Assembly (NCBI GenBank): GCA_017535925.1
Contig: JAFXTD010000028.1
Coordinates: 17,229 to 81,228, forward strand
Source of the DNA: Selenomonadaceae bacterium
GTDB lineage: Bacteria > Bacillota > Negativicutes > Selenomonadales > Selenomonadaceae
Direction of reading: 5' to 3'
DNA: 64,000 nt
Part shown: positions 19,064 to 28,025 of the stretch, one piece after another
Position numbering within the stretch: the first letter of the stretch is position 1
Layout: every line of letters starts with the position of its first letter
Made by a program: the position numbers and the translations under genes
The notes under the pieces: model-generated
What the model saw: only the letters and a program-made list of their open reading frames with translations
Database searches by the model: none
Told to the model about the DNA's origin: nothing

Positions 19064-19591
19064 GTGTTTGATTTTCTGAAGAAGACGAAGAAACCCAATC
19101 CCGACGCAAGCCGGTTGTTGGCGTCGATTTTGGTAGTGTTTCCTGCAGTTCAATCAGTAACTTACGATTCAAAAGGCGAGACGCTTGAATTCTCCTTTGC
19201 ATTGAACGGGAAATTTTCTCACGACGACTTGGAAGATTTTTTATCGTATGTGGCGGAGTCTTTGGAAACTTATCATCATTTGGAAGGCTTGGGCGGCACG
19301 AAAATTCAACTCAATGTCGAAGGCGTTTACGGCACCTGTTTTTTGCATGTTCGACGAGACATGGCAACGTTGACTTGTCGGGAGCTTTCGCTTCTGACCG
19401 AATTGGCAGCAAATTATTTCGGCGACCGCTTGATTGAAGAATACGACAATAACTTTTTCCCTGACGAAGAATATTTGATAGCGCAAGAAAATTATTTGGA
19501 GCAATGCTTGAACAACATGCGGCAACTGCGTGTTGAAGGGCGGCTGGTCGGCGTGCGCGAGCATGAACGGGTTGTGGTGTATTCGCGCTAG
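19064..19591 (+). CDS. hypothetical protein between rny and ymdB
   Basis: GTG start 8 nt after AAGGAGG (VFDFLKKTKKPNP...). No family recognised. Confidence 0.55.
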   Translation: MFDFLKKTKKPNPDASRLLASILVVFPAVQSVTYDSKGETLEFSFALNGKFSHDDLEDFLSYVAESLETYHHLEGLGGTKIQLNVEGVYGTCFLHVRRDMATLTCRELSLLTELAANYFGDRLIEEYDNNFFPDEEYLIAQENYLEQCLNNMRQLRVEGRLVGVREHERVVVYSR

Positions 19592-19607
19592 GAAAGGCGG
19601 GATTTTT

Positions 19608-20399
19608 TTGCGAATTTTAATGGTCGGTGATGTTGTCGGGAAACCCGGCAGATATTTTTTTATGGAGCAAACGCCCGAACTCAAACAAATTCACAAAATC
19701 GATATGGTCGTTGTCAACGGCGAGAACGCGGCTCACGGCAAAGGTTTGACGCCGAATATTTTTGACGAGCTGATTCGCGGCGGCGCGGACGTCGTGACAA
19801 CAGGCAATCACATTTGGGACAATCCCAAAGTTTTGGAAATTATCGACACGGAACCTTTCCTGTTGCGCCCCGCAAATTATCCCGAAGACACGCCCGGCAG
19901 AGGCTTTTGCATTTTTCCCGTCGGCAAGAAAAAAGTCGGCGTGATTAACATGGCGGGAAGAACTTTCATGCAACCGCCAATGGACGACCCTTTCCGCCTC
20001 GCCGAAAAAATTTTGAACTTTATCGAAAAAGATTGCGACGTGATTTTGGTTGACTTCCACGCGGAGGCGACCAGCGAAAAACTTGCCTTTGCCAATTACC
20101 TCGACGGACGAGTTACGGCGGTTGTCGGAACACATACTCATGTTCAAACGGCAGACGAAAAAATTTTGCCGAAAGGCACCGCCTATATCAGCGATTTGGG
20201 CATGGTCGGCGCGGAGAATTCGATATTGGGCATGACGATTGAGCCCGTGATAAAAAGATTCGTGACGGGGCGACCGAGCAAATTTGATGTTGCCGAAGGA
20301 GCCGCCGTGTATTGCGCCGTGCTGATAGACACAGACAACAAAACGAACAAAGCAACCAAAATCAAAAGACTGCTTATCAAAGACAATCCTCATCGTTGA
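19608..20399 (+). CDS. ymdB: YmdB-like metallophosphoesterase (2',3'-cyclic-nucleotide phosphodiesterase family, TIGR00282)
   Basis: LRILMVGDVVGKPGR...VVVNGENAAHGKG...TTGNHIWD. TTG start assumed. Confidence 0.88.
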   Translation: MRILMVGDVVGKPGRYFFMEQTPELKQIHKIDMVVVNGENAAHGKGLTPNIFDELIRGGADVVTTGNHIWDNPKVLEIIDTEPFLLRPANYPEDTPGRGFCIFPVGKKKVGVINMAGRTFMQPPMDDPFRLAEKILNFIEKDCDVILVDFHAEATSEKLAFANYLDGRVTAVVGTHTHVQTADEKILPKGTAYISDLGMVGAENSILGMTIEPVIKRFVTGRPSKFDVAEGAAVYCAVLIDTDNKTNKATKIKRLLIKDNPHR

Positions 20400-20408
20400 C
20401 GAATTTTA

Positions 20409-20551
20409 GGAGCCGTCACGGACGACGGCTCCTCACGCCGCACTGAAACAGGATGTTTCTGCGGCGCGCCCCTGCGAGGTGCCCTTTCTTTTTGCTACTT
20501 TTTCTTTGGGCACGCAAAGAAAAAGTAGAAGACACTTGCAAAAGAAAAACC
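20409..20551 (+). repeat. multi-hairpin MITE-like element, internal copy without TIRs
   Basis: GGAGCCGTCACGGACGACGGCTCC, GAAACAGGATGTTTC, CTACTTTTTCTTTGGGCACGCAAAGAAAAAGTAG. Shares the CGAGGTGCCCTTTC variant with the 33186-33412 copy. Confidence 0.7.
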
Positions 20552-20727
20552 ATAAATCAACATTATTACCTGCCGCAATAAAATATATGACAAAATCGGT
20601 CGGGCAATGTGAAGGATTTAAAATAATTATGAAGAATTAACAGAGAAGACATTTTAGACGCAGAAGGAGCCGCAGCAAGTAGAAAACCACTACAACACCA
20701 AAATGCAACAAGGGAGGAGGATCAATC

Positions 20728-20988
20728 ATGGAAATCCTAAAGGTATCAGCCAAATCTAACCCCAATTCCGTCGCCGGCGCACTCGCGGGAGTCATCCGCG
20801 AAACCGGAAGTGCCGAGATGCAGGCGATAGGTGCCGGAGCGCTGAACCAAGCGGTTAAAGCAGTTGCCATTGCACGCGGCTTCGTGGCACCGCACGGCGT
20901 AGACCTCATCTGCATTCCTGCATTTACGGACATTGAAATTGACGGGAGTGAACGTACTGCTATCAAGCTCATAGTCGAACCGCGTTAA
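20728..20988 (+). CDS. spoVS: stage V sporulation protein S-like protein
   Basis: 86 aa. MEILKVSAKSNPNSVAGALAGVIRE...AIGAGALNQAVKAVAIARG is the SpoVS signature. Confidence 0.9.
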   Translation: MEILKVSAKSNPNSVAGALAGVIRETGSAEMQAIGAGALNQAVKAVAIARGFVAPHGVDLICIPAFTDIEIDGSERTAIKLIVEPR

Positions 20989-21071
20989 TTTCCTCACCCC
21001 GCCAAGGCACTCTTACAAAAAATTTTGAAGCCGTAGAGGCGGACATTGTTGAAGTCACGGAGGTAAGTTAA

Positions 21072-21896
21072 ATGGCCGGCGACTTGCACACCCATACGAA
21101 TTTTTCGGACGGCTCTTATTCCCCCGAAGAACTCGTTGCGGCAGCGAAGAAAATCGGTCTCCACTATCTGGGTATAACCGATCATGACACGGTTGACGGT
21201 GTTCGCCAACTTTACGAAAACGGGCTCTATCCGGGAAGAGGCATAAATATTATTCCCGGCGTCGAGCTCAGTGCCAATCACCCCGAAAGGGATATTCACA
21301 TTGTCGGTTATAACATCGATATCTACAACGAAGCCCTCTTGGAAATGATTGATAAGATTATTGAGGCGCGCTGGGAAAGATTCAGCGAGATTATTAAAAT
21401 TCTTCAAACCAAAAAGTATAACATTCGCGAAGCAGACGTTTTGAAAACCGCAGGTACAAGTCGTTCAATAGGACGCTCTCACATTGCCCGAACGCTGGTT
21501 AAAATCGGTGCCTTCAAAAATGTTCGCGAGGCGTTTGAAAAAATGCTCGGCAAGGGAACCCCTGCCTATGTGCCGCGCTACCTGCCCGAAGTCGACGAGG
21601 TTATCGACGTGATTCATCAAGCGGGCGGCTTGGCTACTCTGGCGCACCCGAAGCTCGTAGGCGACGACGAACTTGTCGAGGAGCTTTGTAAAAAATTGGA
21701 CGGGCTTGAAGTTTATTATCCCTGTCATAAACCCGACGACACGCAACATTATTTTTTCCTCGCGAAGAAATACAATCTGTTGATAACGGGCGGCAGTGAC
21801 TTTCACGGAGCGTCGTCCAGATTCGTTAACGAACTTGGAGACTTTACGATCAGCGACAAGCTTGCCGAAAAATTTTTCGTCGAGCCTCCGAAGTAG
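21072..21896 (+). CDS. PHP-domain phosphoesterase (TrpH/YciV-like)
   Basis: GDLHTHTNFSDG...ITDHDTVDG...SDFHG. Confidence 0.85.
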   Translation: MAGDLHTHTNFSDGSYSPEELVAAAKKIGLHYLGITDHDTVDGVRQLYENGLYPGRGINIIPGVELSANHPERDIHIVGYNIDIYNEALLEMIDKIIEARWERFSEIIKILQTKKYNIREADVLKTAGTSRSIGRSHIARTLVKIGAFKNVREAFEKMLGKGTPAYVPRYLPEVDEVIDVIHQAGGLATLAHPKLVGDDELVEELCKKLDGLEVYYPCHKPDDTQHYFFLAKKYNLLITGGSDFHGASSRFVNELGDFTISDKLAEKFFVEPPK

Positions 21897-21991
21897 ATTA
21901 ATTATTGAGCAAAAAATAATCCGTCACAAAATCGCGGCGGATTATTTTTTTGTGATATAATAGTTGCAGAAAATTTTGAGGAGGATTAATC

Positions 21992-23386
21992 ATGAGCATT
22001 TTGGGCGCAGCAGCAGTACCGCACCCGCCGATAATCTTACCTGAGGTCGGTCGCGGCGAGGAACAAAAAATTTCGGCAACGGCAACAGCTTACAAAGAAG
22101 TTGCTCGGCGCATCGTCGAACTTGCCCCCGACACGATAATAATCACGAGCCCGCACTCAATCATGTACGCGGATTACTTCCACATTTCGCCGGGCGAGGC
22201 GGCTGCCGACAACATGTCACAATTCCGAGCGCCGCAAGTCGAATTGGCGATAGATTACGACACGGACTTTGCAAGGAAACTTTCTGCGGACGCAATGTCA
22301 AACGGTGTTCCGGCGGGAATACTCGGCGAAAGAAATCCTTCACTGGATCACGGCACAATGATTCCGTTGTATTTTTTAAAAGAGGCGGGTCTCGACCTCA
22401 ATCACGTGAAATTTTTGCGAATCGGCTTATCGGGTTTGTCGGCGGCACTTCATTACAAATTCGGGCAGATAATTTCTCACGTGGCTGACGAACTCGGACG
22501 GCGAATTTTTTTCTTGGCAAGCGGCGATTTGTCTCACAAGTTGAAATCGGATGGTCCTTACGGCTTCGTTGAGGAAGGGCCTCAATTTGATTCGCAAGTC
22601 ATGGAAAATTTGGGCGGCGCAGATTTTTTGAAGCTCTTGACCATGAACGATAAACTTTGCTCACGAGCGGCTGAATGCGGCTTGCGTTCCTTCTGGATTA
22701 TGGCGGGCGCGCTTGATAAAAAATCCGTCCGCGCCGAAAAATTATCTTACGAAGGAACTTTCGGCGTCGGCTACGGCATTGTTTATTTCAACGTCGGCGA
22801 CGAGGATTCTTCAAGAAATTTCGCGCATCAACTTGCCGGCTTCAAAAAAAACGAGGCGGAGAAACGCAAAGCCAAAGAGGATGATTTTGTTAAGTTGGCG
22901 CGCTACAGTTTGGAGACTTTCGTCAAGACGCGCGAGTCCGCAAAACTTCCCGAAAATCTTCCTGCCGAATTGACTTCGCGGCGTGCCGGAGCTTTTGTCA
23001 GCTTGCACAAGAACGGAAATCTTCGCGGGTGTATCGGCACGATTATGGCGACGCAGAAAACTCTTGCCGAAGAAATTTTGATGAATGCAATTTCCGCCTG
23101 CTCAAGAGACCCGCGCTTCGACCCCGTGACGATTGATGAGCTTGACGACATTGAATACAGCGTCGACGTTTTGGGCGAGCCCGAAAGAATTTTTGACGTT
23201 AAGGATTTGGATGTCAAACGTTACGGCGTGATTGTCGAAAACGGCGGGCGCAGAGGTTTGTTGTTGCCCGACCTTGAAGGCGTCGACACCGTCGAGGAGC
23301 AAATTGCAATCGCCAAACGCAAAGCCGGCATTCGCCCCGATGAAAAAGTTGTGTTGTGGAGGTTTGAAGTCATTCGCCATCATTGA
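21992..23386 (+). CDS. fusion of class III extradiol dioxygenase (LigB/Memo-like) domain and AMMECR1 domain
   Basis: N-terminal half: AAVPHPPIILPE...ITSPH...SGDLSH. C-terminal half: AMMECR1 signature GAFVSLHKNGNLRGCIGT. Confidence 0.8.
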   Translation: MSILGAAAVPHPPIILPEVGRGEEQKISATATAYKEVARRIVELAPDTIIITSPHSIMYADYFHISPGEAAADNMSQFRAPQVELAIDYDTDFARKLSADAMSNGVPAGILGERNPSLDHGTMIPLYFLKEAGLDLNHVKFLRIGLSGLSAALHYKFGQIISHVADELGRRIFFLASGDLSHKLKSDGPYGFVEEGPQFDSQVMENLGGADFLKLLTMNDKLCSRAAECGLRSFWIMAGALDKKSVRAEKLSYEGTFGVGYGIVYFNVGDEDSSRNFAHQLAGFKKNEAEKRKAKEDDFVKLARYSLETFVKTRESAKLPENLPAELTSRRAGAFVSLHKNGNLRGCIGTIMATQKTLAEEILMNAISACSRDPRFDPVTIDELDDIEYSVDVLGEPERIFDVKDLDVKRYGVIVENGGRRGLLLPDLEGVDTVEEQIAIAKRKAGIRPDEKVVLWRFEVIRHH

Positions 23387-23398
23387 GGAGGCTTTGAC

Positions 23399-23620
23399 AT
23401 GAAAAAATTTTTCGCGGCGGTCGTCACGATTATTTTTGTGACAACTGCCTTTGCAACGGTGCTTGCCTCGAATTACGTCGGCAATGCCAACACGAGAAGA
23501 TTTCACTACGCAAGTTGCCGCTCCGTCAACAAGATGAATCCCTCGAACAAAGTTTACATGAACACCCGCGAAGAGGCGATTAATGCCGGCTACATTCCCT
23601 GCAAGAGGTGTAAACCTTAA
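23399..23620 (+). CDS. small secreted protein with Ada-like Cys4 zinc-binding motif
   Basis: Signal peptide, then YVGNANTRRFHYASCRSV....GYIPCKRCKP. The stop is immediately followed by the fmt ATG. Confidence 0.7.
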   Translation: MKKFFAAVVTIIFVTTAFATVLASNYVGNANTRRFHYASCRSVNKMNPSNKVYMNTREEAINAGYIPCKRCKP

Positions 23621-24532
23621 ATGGACAAGTTAAAAATAATTTTCATGGGCACGCCTGATTTTGCCGTTCCGAGTCTCGCCGCGCTCGCTGACAAGACGGA
23701 AATAATTTGCGTCGTCACTCAACCCGACAGACCCAAAGGACGCGGTCACAAACTTCAGCCGCCGCCCGTCAAAATTTTTGCCGAAGAAAACAATCTGCGC
23801 GTGATTCAACCGCTCAAAGTCAAAGCTCCCGAAGTCGTCGAAGAACTTGCCTCGCTCAAACCCGATTTAATTGTCGCCGTTGCCTTCGGACAAATCTTAT
23901 CGCAAAAAATTTTGGACATACCTCGCTTCGGTTGCATAAACGTTCATGCCTCGCTCCTGCCGAAATATCGCGGGGCGGCTCCGATTGAGTGGGCGATTAT
24001 CTGCGGCGAAAAAGTCACGGGTGTCACGACAATGCAAATGAACGCGGGACTCGACACGGGCGACATGCTTTTGAAGAGCGAAGTTAAAATTTCCGACGAA
24101 ATGATTTTGCCCGAATTGCGCGAACGATTGATGACGGTCGGCGCGGACTTGTTGCTCGAAACGCTTAACCGATTGCAAGTCGGCAAGCTTCAACCGATAA
24201 AGCAAGATGATTCGCTGTCGACGTATGCGCCGCTACTCAAAAAAGATACGGGCTTAATCGACTGGAAAAAATCTGCGCGGGAAATTCACAACCTCGTGCG
24301 AGGACTTTACGGCTCGGCACGCGCAGGCAAGTTCAAAATTTGGCGGACGAGACTTGCCGAAGAAAATCTTTCGCCTGCCGAAATAAAAATCGTCGGTGAA
24401 AAATTTTTTGTCGGAACGGGCGACGGCGCGCTTGAGATTTTGGAAATTCAAGCTCCAAATTCCAAGAAACTCAACGCGGCCGAATTTCTTCGCGGCAACA
24501 AGGTCGGTGACGATTTTTGGACGAGCGAATAA
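23621..24532 (+). CDS. fmt: methionyl-tRNA formyltransferase
   Basis: [11 protein letters not shown]...[12 protein letters not shown]...[14 protein letters not shown]. Confidence 0.95.
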   Translation: MDKLKIIFMGTPDFAVPSLAALADKTEIICVVTQPDRPKGRGHKLQPPPVKIFAEENNLRVIQPLKVKAPEVVEELASLKPDLIVAVAFGQILSQKILDIPRFGCINVHASLLPKYRGAAPIEWAIICGEKVTGVTTMQMNAGLDTGDMLLKSEVKISDEMILPELRERLMTVGADLLLETLNRLQVGKLQPIKQDDSLSTYAPLLKKDTGLIDWKKSAREIHNLVRGLYGSARAGKFKIWRTRLAEENLSPAEIKIVGEKFFVGTGDGALEILEIQAPNSKKLNAAEFLRGNKVGDDFWTSE

Positions 24533-25557
24533 TTTCTACGGACGAGCAGTTTGCTGACGATTGGCAATACAGTTTGCGCCCGCGCAGATTGTACGAATAC
24601 ATCGGGCAAGACAAAGTCAAAAAAAATTTATCGGTCTTCGTGAAGGCGGCACTCAATCGGCGGGAGGCACTCGACCACGTGCTTTTATACGGACCGCCAG
24701 GCTTGGGCAAGACGACTTTGGCGGCGATAATCGCAAATGAACTCGGCGTGAATTTCCGTCAAACTTCGGGACCGGCAATCGAACGAGCGGGCGACTTGGC
24801 TTCAATCCTCACAAATTTAAATGAACGCGACGTTTTGTTTATCGACGAGATTCACCGCCTAAGTCGACAGATTGAGGAAATTTTGTATTCGGCAATGGAA
24901 GACTTCGCGCTTGATATAATAATCGGCAAAGGCCCCAAAGCTCGGAGTATTCGCTTGGACATTTCGCCGTTCACGCTGATTGGTGCGACGACCAAAGCCG
25001 GAGCCTTATCGCCGCCGTTGAGAGACCGTTTCGGCGTGATAAGTCGGCTGGAATATTATTCGACGGAAGCACTGGTTGAAATTATCACGCGAGCCGCGCA
25101 GATTTTGAAAATCCCGATTGAACCTGTCGGCGCGAAAGAAATTGCACGACGTTCACGAGGCACGCCGCGCATTGCCAACAGACTTTTGAAACGTGTTCGC
25201 GACTTCGCTCAAGTCGAAGGCTCCAAAGTCATAACCGATGACATTGCCGACCGTGCACTTTCGGCTTTGGAAGTCGACCGCGCAGGACTTGACCACACCG
25301 ACCGCCGCCTCCTCGAAGCCATGATAAAAAAATTCAACGGACGCCCCGTCGGTTTGGATACTTTGGCAGCGGCGATAAGCGAGACCCGCGAGACGATTGA
25401 GGATATTTATGAGCCTTATCTTTTGCAACTGGGCTTTATCATGCGCACGCCGCGAGGTCGTGTCGTCACGGAGGCGGGCTACAATCACATGGGCATTGCC
25501 TATCCGAAACTCAACGATAATCCTCTGCCGACTCTGTTTGACTTTGAAAATGATTGA
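24517..25557 (+). CDS. ruvB: Holliday junction branch migration helicase RuvB
   Basis: [12 protein letters not shown]..., Walker [34 protein letters not shown] start overlaps the fmt end. Confidence 0.95.
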   Translation: MDERIISTDEQFADDWQYSLRPRRLYEYIGQDKVKKNLSVFVKAALNRREALDHVLLYGPPGLGKTTLAAIIANELGVNFRQTSGPAIERAGDLASILTNLNERDVLFIDEIHRLSRQIEEILYSAMEDFALDIIIGKGPKARSIRLDISPFTLIGATTKAGALSPPLRDRFGVISRLEYYSTEALVEIITRAAQILKIPIEPVGAKEIARRSRGTPRIANRLLKRVRDFAQVEGSKVITDDIADRALSALEVDRAGLDHTDRRLLEAMIKKFNGRPVGLDTLAAAISETRETIEDIYEPYLLQLGFIMRTPRGRVVTEAGYNHMGIAYPKLNDNPLPTLFDFEND

Positions 25558-25730
25558 CGCTTGAAAAATTTTTCGACAAGCAGTAAAATGAAATTCCTCG
25601 AAGAGGTGCTCCAATGCAGTCGTAAACGAAAGACAGAACAAATCGTTACGTCTGTGGGGTGCGGAACAAGCGAAAGGATACCCCTTGCGAATGATTCGTG
25701 AGGGGCTTCGCTTTTTTCGGGCGATTTTTT

Positions 25731-25758
25731 TTGCGCGCTCTGAAAAATCTGTTATAAT
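25731..25758 (+). promoter_or_regulatory. putative extended -10 sigma70-type promoter upstream of the flagellin gene
   Basis: TTGCGC, 16 nt, TGTTATAAT (TGnTATAAT at 25750-25758). Confidence 0.35.
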
Positions 25759-25816
25759 GCTAAAAAATTTTTCGATACGTTAAAAGGATTTTGTGACTTT
25801 CAAAGGATGATGACTT

Positions 25817-27802
25817 ATGGCAATGGCAGTGAAAAACAATTTGGCGGCGACGCAAATTCTCAATCAGCTCAATCAAAACAATTCGGAGTTGAGTCGGAGG
25901 TTGGCAAGAGTTTCGACCGGCATGAAAATCGTCAGTGCACAAGACGACGCTTCGCAATACGCCATTTCCGAGAGGATGCGTGTAAAAATTCGCGCCCTCG
26001 ACCAAGATTTGCAGAACGTTCAAAACGGTTCGTCGATGCTTAAAAATGCTTCGGGCGGCGTGGAAAGAATTGTCGACATCTTGCGCGAAATGAAGGCGAA
26101 GGCAATCAACGCCGCAAACGATTCGAACACCGACGAAGACCGCCAAACCATTCAAAAAGAAATTACGCAGCTTATGAAAAGCATTAACGACGTGGCACTG
26201 GGCACCGAATACAACGGCAAGCGATTAATCGACGGCACCTACGACCCGCGAACGGAATACGCCGATATTCCCGGCACGGCTCTGCAGGTTGCAAAAGCTT
26301 TAATGTCTTCTTTGGACAAAACGACCTTATCGGGCGAGGCGGCTCTCAACGAGGCGATAAATTACGCTTCGGGCGGCAAGTTCGAAACCAAAGACGCTCT
26401 TATCGGTCAGTTCATGAACGACTTAAACAATTCCTCGTCCAGCACAGACTTTTTGAAAGATTATTGTGACATTATTCTCGGCAACGCGGACACAGGCGCA
26501 ATAACCGGCAAAGACGCGGGCGGCGACACGATTAAAACTGCCGAATCGATTGTTCCCGAAAAAATTGCCGTCTCAAGTTGGGGGCTGCCGACAAGCGACA
26601 CGACGATTAACGGCTTGACGATTCATTGGCCGACGGCAGGCGCGAACGGAAGTTTCACTGCCGAAGAGGAACACATTTTGAAAGGTTTGAATTCGGATTG
26701 GATTGAGCAATGCATTAATCTGGTCACAGAGTCTTTCGGCTTGAGCTTCACCGAAGACGGCACCTCTGTCAATGAAATCAGCGTTACATTTGAAGATGAC
26801 AGCAGCAATAATCGTTTGGCGGCTGTGGGACATTCTTATTCACTTTCAACCGGCAAAGCCACGAGCTTAGAGTTAATCGTCAACATGAACTACTACAGTT
26901 CCATTGACATGACGAGCGAGGACGGCAAAAGTTCAAACCCCAACTCAATGTATCTTGACCGAACGCTTGCACACGAATTCACGCACGCGCTCATGGCGGC
27001 GAACATTGATAACTTCAATGCGCTTCCAAAGTACATAAAAGAAGGCACGGCGGAACTCGTTCACGGTATCGATGATGTACGCAACCTTACAGGCTTGTTG
27101 GATGATAAAACCACCCTTGAAAAAGTTTTTGCGGAAGAAACATTGACTAATGAAAAAGATGAAGCTTACTCCGCCGGCTACATGCTCCTGCGCTACTTGG
27201 CAAAGCAAGGGCAAGACTCAATTAACGCAACCAACTCTCAAGCAACTGTCCTTAGCAGAAAATATAATCCGCTTGTCATTCAAGACGGGACTCAAGCCGG
27301 GCAACACAACAACTTTTATATCAAGGACATGCAGACGAATTCTTTGACGGCGGGAAAAATTTTTAAATTCGGAACGGAAAGTGCCTCGAACTTGATTAAC
27401 GCAAACGACCTCGCCCGCTACAATGCTTTGGACAACGACCCCGACAAACAAGCAGAGTGGCTTGAAACTCTTCGGGCGGCGGCAAATATGACCGTCGACG
27501 ATATTTCCGTCACGACCGTCAAGAATGCAAACATTGCGATTCGTGTGCTCGACGGCGCACTTGAATACGCCCTCGACAACGCCACGACAATCGGTTCATA
27601 TCTCACGCGGTTGGAATACGACGCCGACAACGTGACGATTTCAAGAGACAACGTTCAAGCCTCCGAATCCGTGATTCGCGACGCCGATATGGCTAAGGAA
27701 ATGACGGCTTACACCAAAGCAAATGTTTTGGCTCAAGCCGCGCAGGCAATGCTCGCTCAAGCCAATCAAAATCCCGCGAACATTTTAAGTTTGTTGCAAT
27801 AG
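25817..27802 (+). CDS. flagellin with an inserted HExxH zinc-metallopeptidase domain (flagellinolysin-like)
   Basis: Canonical flagellin N (LAATQILNQL...RLARVSTGMKI...QDDAS) and C (RLEYDADNVT...DADMAKEMTAYTKANVLAQAAQAMLAQANQNPANILSLLQ) domains. Central ~370 aa contain LAHEFTHAL (HEFTH = 26972-26986) plus EGTAE about 20 aa downstream. Confidence 0.9.
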   Translation: MAMAVKNNLAATQILNQLNQNNSELSRRLARVSTGMKIVSAQDDASQYAISERMRVKIRALDQDLQNVQNGSSMLKNASGGVERIVDILREMKAKAINAANDSNTDEDRQTIQKEITQLMKSINDVALGTEYNGKRLIDGTYDPRTEYADIPGTALQVAKALMSSLDKTTLSGEAALNEAINYASGGKFETKDALIGQFMNDLNNSSSSTDFLKDYCDIILGNADTGAITGKDAGGDTIKTAESIVPEKIAVSSWGLPTSDTTINGLTIHWPTAGANGSFTAEEEHILKGLNSDWIEQCINLVTESFGLSFTEDGTSVNEISVTFEDDSSNNRLAAVGHSYSLSTGKATSLELIVNMNYYSSIDMTSEDGKSSNPNSMYLDRTLAHEFTHALMAANIDNFNALPKYIKEGTAELVHGIDDVRNLTGLLDDKTTLEKVFAEETLTNEKDEAYSAGYMLLRYLAKQGQDSINATNSQATVLSRKYNPLVIQDGTQAGQHNNFYIKDMQTNSLTAGKIFKFGTESASNLINANDLARYNALDNDPDKQAEWLETLRAAANMTVDDISVTTVKNANIAIRVLDGALEYALDNATTIGSYLTRLEYDADNVTISRDNVQASESVIRDADMAKEMTAYTKANVLAQAAQAMLAQANQNPANILSLLQ

Positions 27803-27814
27803 ATTTTTTCTTCT

Positions 27815-27838
27815 TCGCCTTCGGGCGATTTTTTTTTT
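27815..27838 (+). terminator. rho-independent terminator of the flagellin gene
   Basis: TCGCC-TTCG-GGCGA followed by T10. Confidence 0.8.
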
Positions 27839-27840
27839 GC

Positions 27841-27928
27841 AATTCCCAATTTAGTGGTTAGTGATTAGTGGTTAGTGGTTAGAAAAACAATTCCCAATTC
27901 CCAATTCCCAATTCCTAATTCCTAATTC
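27841..27928. repeat. two adjacent non-complementary heptamer arrays
   Basis: TAGTGGT TAGTGAT TAGTGGT TAGTGGT, then AATTCCC x3 and AATTCCT x2. Confidence 0.8.
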
Positions 27929-27962
27929 AAAAAAAAACACCCCGACAATTTCTGTCGAGGTG
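27929..27962 (-). terminator. rho-independent terminator of the giant gene
   Basis: Minus strand CACCTCGACA-GAAAT-TGTCGGGGTG followed by T9, preceded by a second hairpin GAGCCG..CGGCTC. Confidence 0.7.
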
Positions 27963-28025
27963 CCGAGCCGATTATCCGGCTCAAATTATTTTATTCGGTA
28001 TCGCTTAAAGTTCAACGCTTGTATC

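Noticed and set aside
25740-25790. Sigma-28 (FliA/SigD) promoter upstream of the flagellin gene.
   Set aside because: A CGATA-like -10 exists (TTCGATAC), but no TAAA sits at the required ~15-nt spacing. An extended -10 sigma70-type element fits better, and even that call has low confidence.
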